From positions 128,001-192,000 of the forward strand of contig CAVXTP010000014.1 of NCBI GenBank assembly GCA_963764715.1: DNA of 64,000 nucleotides. Direction: 5' to 3'. This stretch comes from an uncultured Acidobacteriota bacterium (GTDB lineage Bacteria > Acidobacteriota > Thermoanaerobaculia > UBA5066 > Gp7-AA6). The translations under genes and the position numbers were made by a program. This document shows, in pieces, positions 56,422 through 64,000 of this stretch. Numbering within the stretch: the stretch's first letter is position 1; each line of letters opens with the position of its first letter. The notes below the pieces were generated by a model. That model saw nothing but the letters and a program-made list of their open reading frames with translations. It was not told where the DNA came from and did not search any database.

Positions 56422-57731
56422 CGCGCGGCCGGCGCCCCGCCGAGGGGCAGCTTCAGGATGACGGCATCCTGCATCGCCTCGGGCGTGATGGGCTTTTTCT
56501 CGTTCTGGAACTTGCCGCCCTGGCTGTTGGCGGTGAAGTAGAGGGCGCCTTCGGCCGCGACGCCGAGGGTCGGCTCGTCGAAGTCGGGATGGTTCATGAC
56601 GAGGATCTTAGCCCCGGCGATCGTCGTCCCGTCGGCCGAGAGCTCGAGCCGCGTCACCCGGTTCGGCTCGACGCCGTTCTGGATGCCGTAGAGGCTCCCG
56701 GCGGCGTACACGAGGCCGTCGATGCCGTTCAAGGCGGCGTCCGGCGGTACCGGAAGCGGGGTGAGGCGCTTCGAGACGAGGTCGACGCGATAGAGCGACG
56801 TGTAGTCGGAGACGTACAGCGTCCTGCCGTCCGGCGCGACCGCCATGCCCTGCGTCCCGCGAAAGGCGTCGGACTCGAGGAAGAGCTCGATCGAGCCCGC
56901 CCCGGGGGCGAGCGTCCAGATCCGCGGGTTGCGGCCGTCGTTGAGGAACACGCGGCCGTCCGGGCCGAGGGCGAGATCGTCGAAGGCCGCGGGCGGGTCG
57001 GAGGCCGGCGAACGGTACTCGCGGCGCAGCCGCCCGGTGTCGAGGTCGAACTCGAAGAGCGCGCTCGCGGGCGGATCGCCCTTCTTGAACCCCTCCATGT
57101 GCGGCATCGCCTCGCTCGCGACCCAGAGCGACCGGCGCCTCGGGTCCGCGGCGATCCCGCAGGCCGAGCGCAGGCCTCCCTCCGCCGGCGGGACGAAGTC
57201 GGAGACCTTCCCGCTCGCGTCGACCCGCACGATCTTGCGCTTGCGGATCGAGGAGACGAAGAACGACTTCGTCTTCGGGTCGTACGCCACGCCCTCGGGG
57301 ACGAGCCCCTTCTCGTGGATCGTGAACGCCGTGACGACGCCGGAGGAGATCTTCTGCGCGCGGAGGGCCGCCATCTGGTCGCGGACCTTCCGGTAACCGT
57401 CGGACGTCCGGATCGAATCGAAGTCGGTGTCAGAGTCGAGATCCGCCACGGCCCCGCGCGCGGCGATCCCCTGGAGCGACTTCACGGCCGCGTCGGTCTG
57501 GCCGTTGAGGGCCTGGCCGCACGCCAGGTTGTAGAGCACGTAGACGTCGCCCGGCCGCCGCGCGGCGATCTCCTCCGTGAGGCGCAGGAACCCGGCCTTG
57601 TCTCCGGCGTCGTAGGCCGCCCGGGCCTCGCGGGCGAGAGCAGCCGTGGACTTTTGCGGCGGCGCGGGCGTGGGCTGCGGGGCGACGGCGACGGCGAACA
57701 GGGCCGCCGCCAGGACGAAGACGAGGTGCAT
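56418..57731 (-). CDS. Secreted TPR-like plus SMP-30/gluconolactonase-like beta-propeller protein
   Basis: Signal peptide and YNLAC..ALNG TPR-like segment. PEGVAYD, QGMA, GIDGL and EPTLG. Confidence 0.75.
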   Translation of the reverse strand: MHLVFVLAAALFAVAVAPQPTPAPPQKSTAALAREARAAYDAGDKAGFLRLTEEIAARRPGDVYVLYNLACGQALNGQTDAAVKSLQGIAARGAVADLDSDTDFDSIRTSDGYRKVRDQMAALRAQKISSGVVTAFTIHEKGLVPEGVAYDPKTKSFFVSSIRKRKIVRVDASGKVSDFVPPAEGGLRSACGIAADPRRRSLWVASEAMPHMEGFKKGDPPASALFEFDLDTGRLRREYRSPASDPPAAFDDLALGPDGRVFLNDGRNPRIWTLAPGAGSIELFLESDAFRGTQGMAVAPDGRTLYVSDYTSLYRVDLVSKRLTPLPVPPDAALNGIDGLVYAAGSLYGIQNGVEPNRVTRLELSADGTTIAGAKILVMNHPDFDEPTLGVAAEGALYFTANSQGGKFQNEKKPITPEAMQDAVILKLPLGGAPAAR

Positions 57732-57754
57732 GGGTGGAACTCCTCTGCGGCGTT

Positions 57755-57780
57755 TACGCAGGGCAAAGCCCAGAGTTTCC
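57755..57780 (-). promoter_or_regulatory. Putative ECF sigma promoter
   Basis: GGAAAC-N16-CGTA upstream of the 57731 gene. Confidence 0.5.
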
Positions 57781-57799
57781 CGAGAATCGGACCGCCGGC

Positions 57800-58456
57800 C
57801 TAGGGCAGGACGGCGTAGGCGCGGACGGAGAAGCTGCCGAGACCGCGAAACGGCGCCGGGACACAGTGGACCTTGAATCCCGACTCCGGCAGCTCGCCGA
57901 GATTGCAGAGGTGCTCCACGATCGGAATGCCGGCGGAGAGCAGCAGCGTGTGGGCCGGGCGCACGCCGTCGCCCGTGTCGTCGATGTTGAGCGAGTCGAT
58001 GCCGACGAGGGCCGGGCCCGCGCCGGCGAGGTGCTCCGCGGCGGCCCGCGTCAGGTAGGGATGACCTTCGGCGTAGCGGGGCGTGCGCCAGTGCGCGTCC
58101 CATCCCGTCCGCACGAGCACCGCGCGGCCGGCGAGGTCATGGCCCGCGAAGAGCTCCTGGTCGAGCGCGCGTCCCTTTCCCGAGGCGTCGATGACGAGGC
58201 CGGGCAGGTCCGCGAGCCGGTCGAGCGGGAGCGAGCCGACGTCCTTGCCGTGCGCGAAGCGGTGGAACGGGGCGTCGAGATACGTTCCGGTGTTCGCCAC
58301 CATGCGGACACGGGCGATGTGAAACGTCGTGCCTCCCGCGTAGTGACCGCGCGAAGCCTCGCGCCCCAGGAAGTCGGAGATCACGGGTCCCGGGAGCCCC
58401 GGGTACGTGATCATGCCGTGCTCGATCGCGTGGGACAGGTCGACGAGGCGCCCCAT
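57800..58456 (-). CDS. Cyclase family protein (kynurenine formamidase-like)
   Basis: DLSH, NTGTYLDAPFH, LVRTG, GIDSL, H..LL...IPIVE.L and VRAYA. Confidence 0.88.
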   Translation of the reverse strand: MGRLVDLSHAIEHGMITYPGLPGPVISDFLGREASRGHYAGGTTFHIARVRMVANTGTYLDAPFHRFAHGKDVGSLPLDRLADLPGLVIDASGKGRALDQELFAGHDLAGRAVLVRTGWDAHWRTPRYAEGHPYLTRAAAEHLAGAGPALVGIDSLNIDDTGDGVRPAHTLLLSAGIPIVEHLCNLGELPESGFKVHCVPAPFRGLGSFSVRAYAVLP

Positions 58457-58511
58457 GGGCCGGAGAGGCTATCAAAAGAGGGAACCGACCGCAGACCGCG
58501 GTCCGCTCACT

Positions 58512-58539
58512 GCTTACGGCTTACGGCTTACGGCTTACC
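58512..58539 (+). repeat. Heptamer tandem repeat (GCTTACG) x4
   Basis: gcttacg gcttacg gcttacg gcttacc, overlapping the DinB stop codon. Confidence 0.8.
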
Positions 58540-59032
58540 GCTTCCGCCAGAGTCTCTTCAACAACTGAATCTGCCCCGTGTGGTACACGTCGTGGGATGC
58601 GACACCATAGAGAAGCCGCGCCGTCGTCGAGCGGCTGCCTCGCGGCTTCCGGGCGAGCGCCGCGGGCCGGAGCTTCGCGACCGCCTCCATGAGCCGCCGG
58701 TGCTCGGCGTCGAGGCGCGCAACGTCCGCCTTCCATGCCCGTGCGTCGGCGGGGCTCCCGGCGGAGCGAGCGAACCAGTTGCTCCCCTTCTCGGCGAAGG
58801 TGCCCCGCTTCTCCCCCGTCAGCATCCGCCGCACGGCGTACTTCCAGTACGCGGCGTGAACGACGACCTCCCAGATGCTGTGTCGGCCGGGCGCGGGACG
58901 CCAGGAGGCCTCCGCCGCCGTCACGCCGCGGAGGCTGCCGCGCAGGTTGGGTCCCTGCCAGGCCTTCTTCTCGTAGGACACTTCCAGGAGTACGGTCAGC
59001 AGGCCGATCTCCCGGCCCCGCGGCGCCGTCAC
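58535..59032 (-). CDS. DinB family protein
   Basis: HSIWE.V.H..YW and HDVYHTGQI. Confidence 0.88.
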   Translation of the reverse strand: MTAPRGREIGLLTVLLEVSYEKKAWQGPNLRGSLRGVTAAEASWRPAPGRHSIWEVVVHAAYWKYAVRRMLTGEKRGTFAEKGSNWFARSAGSPADARAWKADVARLDAEHRRLMEAVAKLRPAALARKPRGSRSTTARLLYGVASHDVYHTGQIQLLKRLWRKR

Positions 59033-59391
59033 AGCTCTTCGGCGGCGAACCGCACGCGCGAGAGCCCCTCGTCCGCGCCGGCCCCGGACCGGCTCGCCGC
59101 GACCTCGTAGTGGGTCACGTTCGGCTCCTTGCCGAGGAGGAAGCGGTCGTCCTCCGGGTAGTAATAGGCCTTCTCGGGATCGGCTCCGGCGAAACGGCGG
59201 ATCGCGTCGAAGTCCCGCCAGAAAGAGATGAGGATGAACTCGGCCGCACCGTTCTCGACGCGGCGCAGCGCGAGCACGCCCTCGTTGCCGGGCGTCGCCT
59301 TGTAGTCCGGGAGGCCCGAGCGCTCCAGGAACGCCATGTACTCGTCCGCGTCCGAGGCCCGCGTGTGTCCCCGCCAGATTCTCGCGATCAT
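59029..59391 (-). CDS. Antibiotic biosynthesis monooxygenase (ABM)-like protein
   Basis: MIARIWRG, GNEG, EF..ISFW...AIRRFAG and YPEDDRFL. ATGA coupling. Confidence 0.8.
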   Translation of the reverse strand: MIARIWRGHTRASDADEYMAFLERSGLPDYKATPGNEGVLALRRVENGAAEFILISFWRDFDAIRRFAGADPEKAYYYPEDDRFLLGKEPNVTHYEVAASRSGAGADEGLSRVRFAAEEL

Positions 59392-60365
59392 GATGCCCTC
59401 CCGGCTCGCCGCGGCTCGGACGCCGCCTCCAGAGCCACTTCCTTCTGCACCTTCCGCCCTCCGTACCGGATGATCACCGCCACCGAGCCGACGATCGCGA
59501 GCGCCGCGATCACGGTCCGCGCCGTCACCCCCTCGCCCGCGAGCGCCCAGCCGAGAAACACGGCGACGACCGGGTTGACGTACGCGTACGTCGAAACCCG
59601 GGCCGGCGTCGTCGCGCCGAGCAGAAAGATATACGCCGTGAAACCGAGCAGCGAGCCCGCCACGATCAGATAGAGGAGCGCGACGAGCGATCGGCCGGAC
59701 ACGGCGGCGATCGAGAAGCCCCGCCACTCGCCGACGAGCGTCGAAGCGCCGAAGAGGATCGCGCCGCCGGCGATCATCTCCATGGCCGTCGCCATGAGCG
59801 TCGAGGCCGGCAGCTTCGCCCGGCGCGCGTACAGCGAACCCGTCGCCCAGAACAGCGACGCGAGCATCAGGGCGCCGGCCCCGAGGAGGTCCACGTGGGC
59901 GCCGCCGGCGAACCGGCCCGGGACGACGAGAAACGCGAGGCCCGCCAGGCCGGCAGCGAGCCCGGCGAGCACGACGCCGTGCGGCCTCCGGCGGTTCTGG
60001 ATCCCGTCGAGAAGCGTCATCCAGATCGGCACGCAGGCGACGATCAGGGCCGCGAGCCCCGAGGGCACACGCTGTTCGGCCCAGCTCACGAGCCCGTTGC
60101 CGCCGAGGAGCATCAGCCCGCCGATCGCGGCGGCCGGTCCCCAGTGCTGCCGCTCCGGCCCGGGCGTGCCGCGCAGGCGCAGCCAGCCGAAGAGCAGGAG
60201 ACCCGCCGTCAGGTGGCGCAGGCCCGCCATCAGGAACGGAGGGATCGTCTCGACGCCGAAGCGGATCGCCAGGTACGTCGAGCCCCAGAGCACGTAGACC
60301 GCGGCGAAGGCGACGACGAGCTGCCCGCGCGTGACCGGCCGGCGGAAGGCGCCCGAATCAGGCAT
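59388..60365 (-). CDS. EamA/DMT family transporter (YedA-like)
   Basis: VY.LWGSTYLAIR, PSGLAAL and STYAYVNPVVAV. Confidence 0.9.
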   Translation of the reverse strand: MPDSGAFRRPVTRGQLVVAFAAVYVLWGSTYLAIRFGVETIPPFLMAGLRHLTAGLLLFGWLRLRGTPGPERQHWGPAAAIGGLMLLGGNGLVSWAEQRVPSGLAALIVACVPIWMTLLDGIQNRRRPHGVVLAGLAAGLAGLAFLVVPGRFAGGAHVDLLGAGALMLASLFWATGSLYARRAKLPASTLMATAMEMIAGGAILFGASTLVGEWRGFSIAAVSGRSLVALLYLIVAGSLLGFTAYIFLLGATTPARVSTYAYVNPVVAVFLGWALAGEGVTARTVIAALAIVGSVAVIIRYGGRKVQKEVALEAASEPRRAGRAS

Positions 60366-61344
60366 GCAGTGTCTCCGGCGCCTTGGCGCAGCCGAAACCC
60401 TCGTCGCCCGACGACGGCGCCGGCGCCTCGCCGCCGTGCCGGATGATCAGGACGACGGCGCCCACGATGACGGCGGCGGCGACGAACACGCGCGGCGTCA
60501 GGGGCTCGGCGGCGAACATCCAGCCGAGGAGCACGGCGACGATGGGATTGACGTAGGCGTACGTCGCGACGCGGGACGCCGTCGCGACGCGAAGGAGCCA
60601 GAGGTACGCGCTGAAGCCGATGATCGAGCCGAAGACGAAGAGGTAGACGGTCGCGAGCACGGATTTCGACGAGACCGCCGCCGGATCGAAAGCGGCAAGC
60701 TCGCCGGCCGCGACGCCCGCGAGCGCGAGGAGCCCCCCGCCCGCGAGGAGGGTCGCGGCCGTCGCCATGACCGGAGAGGCGGGCAGCCGGGAGCCCCGCG
60801 AGAAGAGCGATCCGCCGGCCCAGGCGAACGTGCCGGCGACGAGGACGATGCAGGCACCGAGGTGGAACCGCTCGCCGCCGAACAGCGAGCCCGGCCCGAC
60901 GAGGGCCAGCAGCCCCGCCGTGCCCAGGGCGAGGCCGGCGAGCACGTATCCCCGGGGTCGGCGCCGGTGAATCATCGATTCGATCAACACGAAGGCGATC
61001 GGTTCGGTTGCAACGACGAGAGCGGCCACGCCGGACGGAATCCGCTCCTCGGCCCAGACGAGGCCGCCCGAGCCGCAGACGAAGAGGAGAAAACCCGTGA
61101 CGGCGGCTCCGCCCCACTCCCGGCGCGTCGGCGCCGGGACCCGCCGGGCGCGCGCCCAGGCGTAGAGCAGTACCCCCGCGAGGAAGAAGCGCATGCCCTG
61201 CGTGAAGAACGGCGGCAGGGTCTCGATCGAGAACCGGATGCCGAGGTACGTCGATCCCCAGAGCACGTACACCGCGGCGAAGGCCGCCACGAGGGCGAGG
61301 CGCGAAGGGCTCTTCGCGGCGCGCGGCTCGGCCCGCTCAGACAC
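60358..61344 (-). CDS. EamA/DMT family transporter (YedA-like), tandem paralog
   Basis: VY.LWGSTYL.IR, PSGVAAL and TYAYVNPIVAV. Confidence 0.9.
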   Translation of the reverse strand: MSERAEPRAAKSPSRLALVAAFAAVYVLWGSTYLGIRFSIETLPPFFTQGMRFFLAGVLLYAWARARRVPAPTRREWGGAAVTGFLLFVCGSGGLVWAEERIPSGVAALVVATEPIAFVLIESMIHRRRPRGYVLAGLALGTAGLLALVGPGSLFGGERFHLGACIVLVAGTFAWAGGSLFSRGSRLPASPVMATAATLLAGGGLLALAGVAAGELAAFDPAAVSSKSVLATVYLFVFGSIIGFSAYLWLLRVATASRVATYAYVNPIVAVLLGWMFAAEPLTPRVFVAAAVIVGAVVLIIRHGGEAPAPSSGDEGFGCAKAPETLHA

Positions 61345-61834
61345 GGACGGGCTCCTCGAACGCATTCGGCGGGTCGGGCGCTCCGATCGGAAGCTCGGCG
61401 GATTCCTTGACGGTCTCGAGGACGATCGTCGTCCGCGTCGACGTGATCGTTTCGATGGCGCCGAGCCGCTCGCGCAGCAGACGCCCGAGCGCGTCCGTGT
61501 CGGCGGCGCGGACCTTGACGAGGAAGCAATCCTCGCCGGCGACGTCATGCACTTCGAGAACTTCCGGGATCGCCGCGACCCGGCGCGCGGTGTTGAGTTC
61601 GGCCCCCGGCTTTTCGTCGACGCGCACGAAGATGTAGGCGAGCAAGGAGAGCTCGACCGCCCGGGGATTGACGCGGGCGGCGTACCCTTCGATCACTCCG
61701 CGCTCTTCGAGCTTTCTGATCCGTTCGAAGACCGCCGATGGGGCGAGACCCACCTGCCGGGCAATCTCCGCGTTCGACGTTCTTGCGTTTGACTGGAGGA
61801 TGTTCAGGATAACTGCGTCAGTACCGTCGATCAT
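61337..61834 (-). CDS. Lrp/AsnC family transcriptional regulator
   Basis: HTH D..IL..LQ.NAR.S..EIA..VGL.....ERI.KLE..G.I and C-terminal RAM domain V.G..C.LVKV. Confidence 0.93.
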   Translation of the reverse strand: MIDGTDAVILNILQSNARTSNAEIARQVGLAPSAVFERIRKLEERGVIEGYAARVNPRAVELSLLAYIFVRVDEKPGAELNTARRVAAIPEVLEVHDVAGEDCFLVKVRAADTDALGRLLRERLGAIETITSTRTTIVLETVKESAELPIGAPDPPNAFEEPVRV

Positions 61835-61933
61835 TCTGCGATCCTATCGAATACATAACCATTCGTCTACAAAGTCAGTAATGCAGGACTGACCCAATCG
61901 GGAATCTATATCCACCATGGATATACTAGGGCC

Positions 61934-63031
61934 ATGCGAAACACCGCTGCCGCACTTCTTTTCGCTCTCGCCGCCATCGGCGGGGCTCAGCCGGCCGGAC
62001 AGTGGGCGACCGGGACTCCGGAATCGGCGGGCCTGGACTCGGGACGCCTCGCGGAGATGGAACGAGCCATAACGGCCGGCGACTTTCAGAAGATCACGAG
62101 CGTCGCGATCGTTCGAGACGGGAAGCTCGTGTACGAGAAGTACTTCGCAGGCACCGGCGTGGAGACCCGCCACAACACCCGGTCGGCGACGAAGACCGTC
62201 GCCGGAATGCTCGTCGGGATCGCGATCGACCGCGGCCTCCTGTCCGGAGTCGACGCTCCGGTCCTCCCCTTCTTCCCCGACCGTCAGCCCCTCGCCAACC
62301 CCGATCCGCGCAAGCCGAAGATCACGGTCGAAGATTTCCTCACCATGAGCTCCCTCCTCGAGTGCGACGACGAGAACCAGTACTCGCGCGGCAACGAGGA
62401 ACGGATGTACCTGGTCGAGGACTGGGTGAAGTTCACGCTCGACCTGCCGATCCGCGGCTTCCCCGCCTGGGTGCCGAAGCCGAAGGACTCTCCCTACGGC
62501 CGCAGCTTCAGTTACTGCACGGCCGGCGTCGCCACGCTCGGCTCCCTGCTCGAGCGAGCGGCGAAGCGGCCGGTCCCGGACTTCGCCGCCGAGACGCTCT
62601 TTGCGCCCCTCGGCATCGAGAAGCCCGAGTGGCAGTTTTCGCCTCTCGGCACGGCCATGACCGGAGGCGGGCTCGGGCTGCGCACCCGCGACCTCGCGGC
62701 GCTCGGCCGGCTCTACCTCGACGGCGGGACCTGGAACGGGAAGCGCGTCGTGCCGGCAGCCTGGGTCGAGCGCTCGGTCGCCCCCCACGCCTCCGTCGAC
62801 GACACCACGGAGTACGGCTATCTCTGGTGGCTCCGGACGCTCACCCGCGAGGGTAAGACGGTCCGGACCTGGATGATGCAGGGAAGCGGCGGCAACAAGG
62901 TCGTCGTCGTCCCGTCGCTTCGCCTCGTCTGCGTGATCACGACGACGAACTTTCGCGTCCGCGATTCGCACGCCCTGTCGGACCGGCTTCTCACCGACAT
63001 CGTGCTGGCGGCCGCGGGGACCGGACCCTAG
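61934..63031 (+). CDS. Secreted serine hydrolase (beta-lactamase/AmpC-like family)
   Basis: RSATK (SxxK), LTMSS, FSYCT, YGYLWW and G.GGN. Confidence 0.88.
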   Translation: MRNTAAALLFALAAIGGAQPAGQWATGTPESAGLDSGRLAEMERAITAGDFQKITSVAIVRDGKLVYEKYFAGTGVETRHNTRSATKTVAGMLVGIAIDRGLLSGVDAPVLPFFPDRQPLANPDPRKPKITVEDFLTMSSLLECDDENQYSRGNEERMYLVEDWVKFTLDLPIRGFPAWVPKPKDSPYGRSFSYCTAGVATLGSLLERAAKRPVPDFAAETLFAPLGIEKPEWQFSPLGTAMTGGGLGLRTRDLAALGRLYLDGGTWNGKRVVPAAWVERSVAPHASVDDTTEYGYLWWLRTLTREGKTVRTWMMQGSGGNKVVVVPSLRLVCVITTTNFRVRDSHALSDRLLTDIVLAAAGTGP

Positions 63032-63034
63032 GGC

Positions 63035-64000
63035 TCAGCTCGAGAAGTAGCGCGCCTGCGGGTGATGGAGGACGAGGGCCGAGACGGAGGCCTCGGGATC
63101 CATCATGTAGCCCTCCGTCAGCTCGACGCCGATCTTGCGGCCGTCGAGGAGTCGGAAGAGCGTCGCCTGGTCGGCGAGATCCGGGCAGGCCGGGTATCCG
63201 AAGCTGTAGCGCTTCCCGCGGTAGCGTCCCTGGAAACGGTCGACCATCGAGATCTCCGGCGGGTCCGGAAAGCCCCAATCGGCGCGGAGTTTCGCATGCA
63301 GCCATTCGGCCGCGGCCTCCGCGGTCTCCACGGCGAGCGCCTGCAGCGCGTGGCACAGAAGGTATTCGCCGGCGGTCTTGAGCTCCTCGGCCCGGGCGCG
63401 GATTCCTTCCCCGGCGGTCGTCAGGAAGAACGCGACCGAGTCGGCGCCGCCGGCGCCGCGGGGACGCGCGAAGTCCGCGAGGCAGAGCCTCTCGCCGGCG
63501 ACCTGTCGCGGGAACGTGAAGCACGCCTCGCCGCCTCCCGGCACGGCGACGTGCAGGGTGTTGCCCTCGGACGACGCGCCGAAGTAGCGATACATGGCTC
63601 GGGCGCGGATCCATCCGGCGGCCTGAATCTTCGCGACGACCGCCTCGAGCTCGGCGAGCTTCGGATCGCCCGCTTCCTTCAGCTTCCGGTAGCTTCCCCG
63701 CAGGCCGAGGTGCTTGGCGTAGAGCATGTGCGGGTTGAGCCACTTCCAGATCTCGGCGAGGTCGAGCTCCGGCAGAACGTGCTCCGCCGCGTCGGGCGAG
63801 GAGACCGCTTCGACGACCGAGACCTCCGTGCTCCGGACGGCCGGGGCCGCGAGCGGCATCTCCTCCTCCGGCCGCGCGGCCGCCGCGACCGCGGCGCGGC
63901 GCTTCTCCGCCTCGGCGGCGAGCGCCGTCCGCGCGTCCTCCCCCGAGAGAATGCGGTCGGCCAGCGCGAGCCCGCGCATCGCGTCCTCGGCGTACACCGC
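63035..64000 (-). CDS. metH: B12-dependent methionine synthase, C-terminal (reactivation) part; starts beyond the window
   Basis: YA.DAM.GL, FTFPRQ, LCLADF, AEA.AEWLH, YRG.RYSFGYPACPDL and PEASVSA....HP.A.YF. Confidence 0.92.
   Translation of the reverse strand, partial: AVYAEDAMRGLALADRILSGEDARTALAAEAEKRRAAVAAAARPEEEMPLAAPAVRSTEVSVVEAVSSPDAAEHVLPELDLAEIWKWLNPHMLYAKHLGLRGSYRKLKEAGDPKLAELEAVVAKIQAAGWIRARAMYRYFGASSEGNTLHVAVPGGGEACFTFPRQVAGERLCLADFARPRGAGGADSVAFFLTTAGEGIRARAEELKTAGEYLLCHALQALAVETAEAAAEWLHAKLRADWGFPDPPEISMVDRFQGRYRGKRYSFGYPACPDLADQATLFRLLDGRKIGVELTEGYMMDPEASVSALVLHHPQARYFSS

Noticed and set aside
61934-63031. Antibiotic-resistance beta-lactamase
   Set aside because: Has SxxK but lacks the class C YxN/KTG set. 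A general serine hydrolase is more likely.

Overview
Very GC-rich, gene-dense bacterial chromosome segment with about 55 CDS. I found no rRNA, tRNA, CRISPR array, prophage or transposase. The lineage is probably Acidobacteriota (Thermoanaerobaculia-like); this is an inference from the VWFA-related protein and a recurring C-terminal domain. Housekeeping content: aroH-tyrA convergent with a prephenate dehydratase-ACT-DAHP synthase fusion, dps, murQ/sugar kinase/ampG peptidoglycan recycling, speA, amtB-glnK, egtB-egtD, dapB, an Fe3+-type ABC transporter, Lrp with two EamA exporters, and the 3' end of metH. There are also many secreted peptidases/amidohydrolases and five BNR/Asp-box beta-propeller proteins. 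Best candidate for an undescribed system: a tandemly duplicated two-gene module (34640-37947) that looks like a split copper amine oxidase. It has a separately secreted D3-like subunit and a Cys-rich D4-like subunit that keeps three His and the TPQ-position Tyr, but in a non-canonical GWYRY motif. Other notable signals: an unannotated Tyr-Trp-Tyr leader-peptide attenuator, exactly symmetric divergent sigma54-type promoters around one palindrome, a GluR0-like channel with a T-to-G selectivity filter change, a GTAG-REP copy inside a signal-peptide coding region, two probable CTG starts, five probable leaderless genes, and two probable frameshifts. All family assignments are from motif recognition by eye, not database searches.
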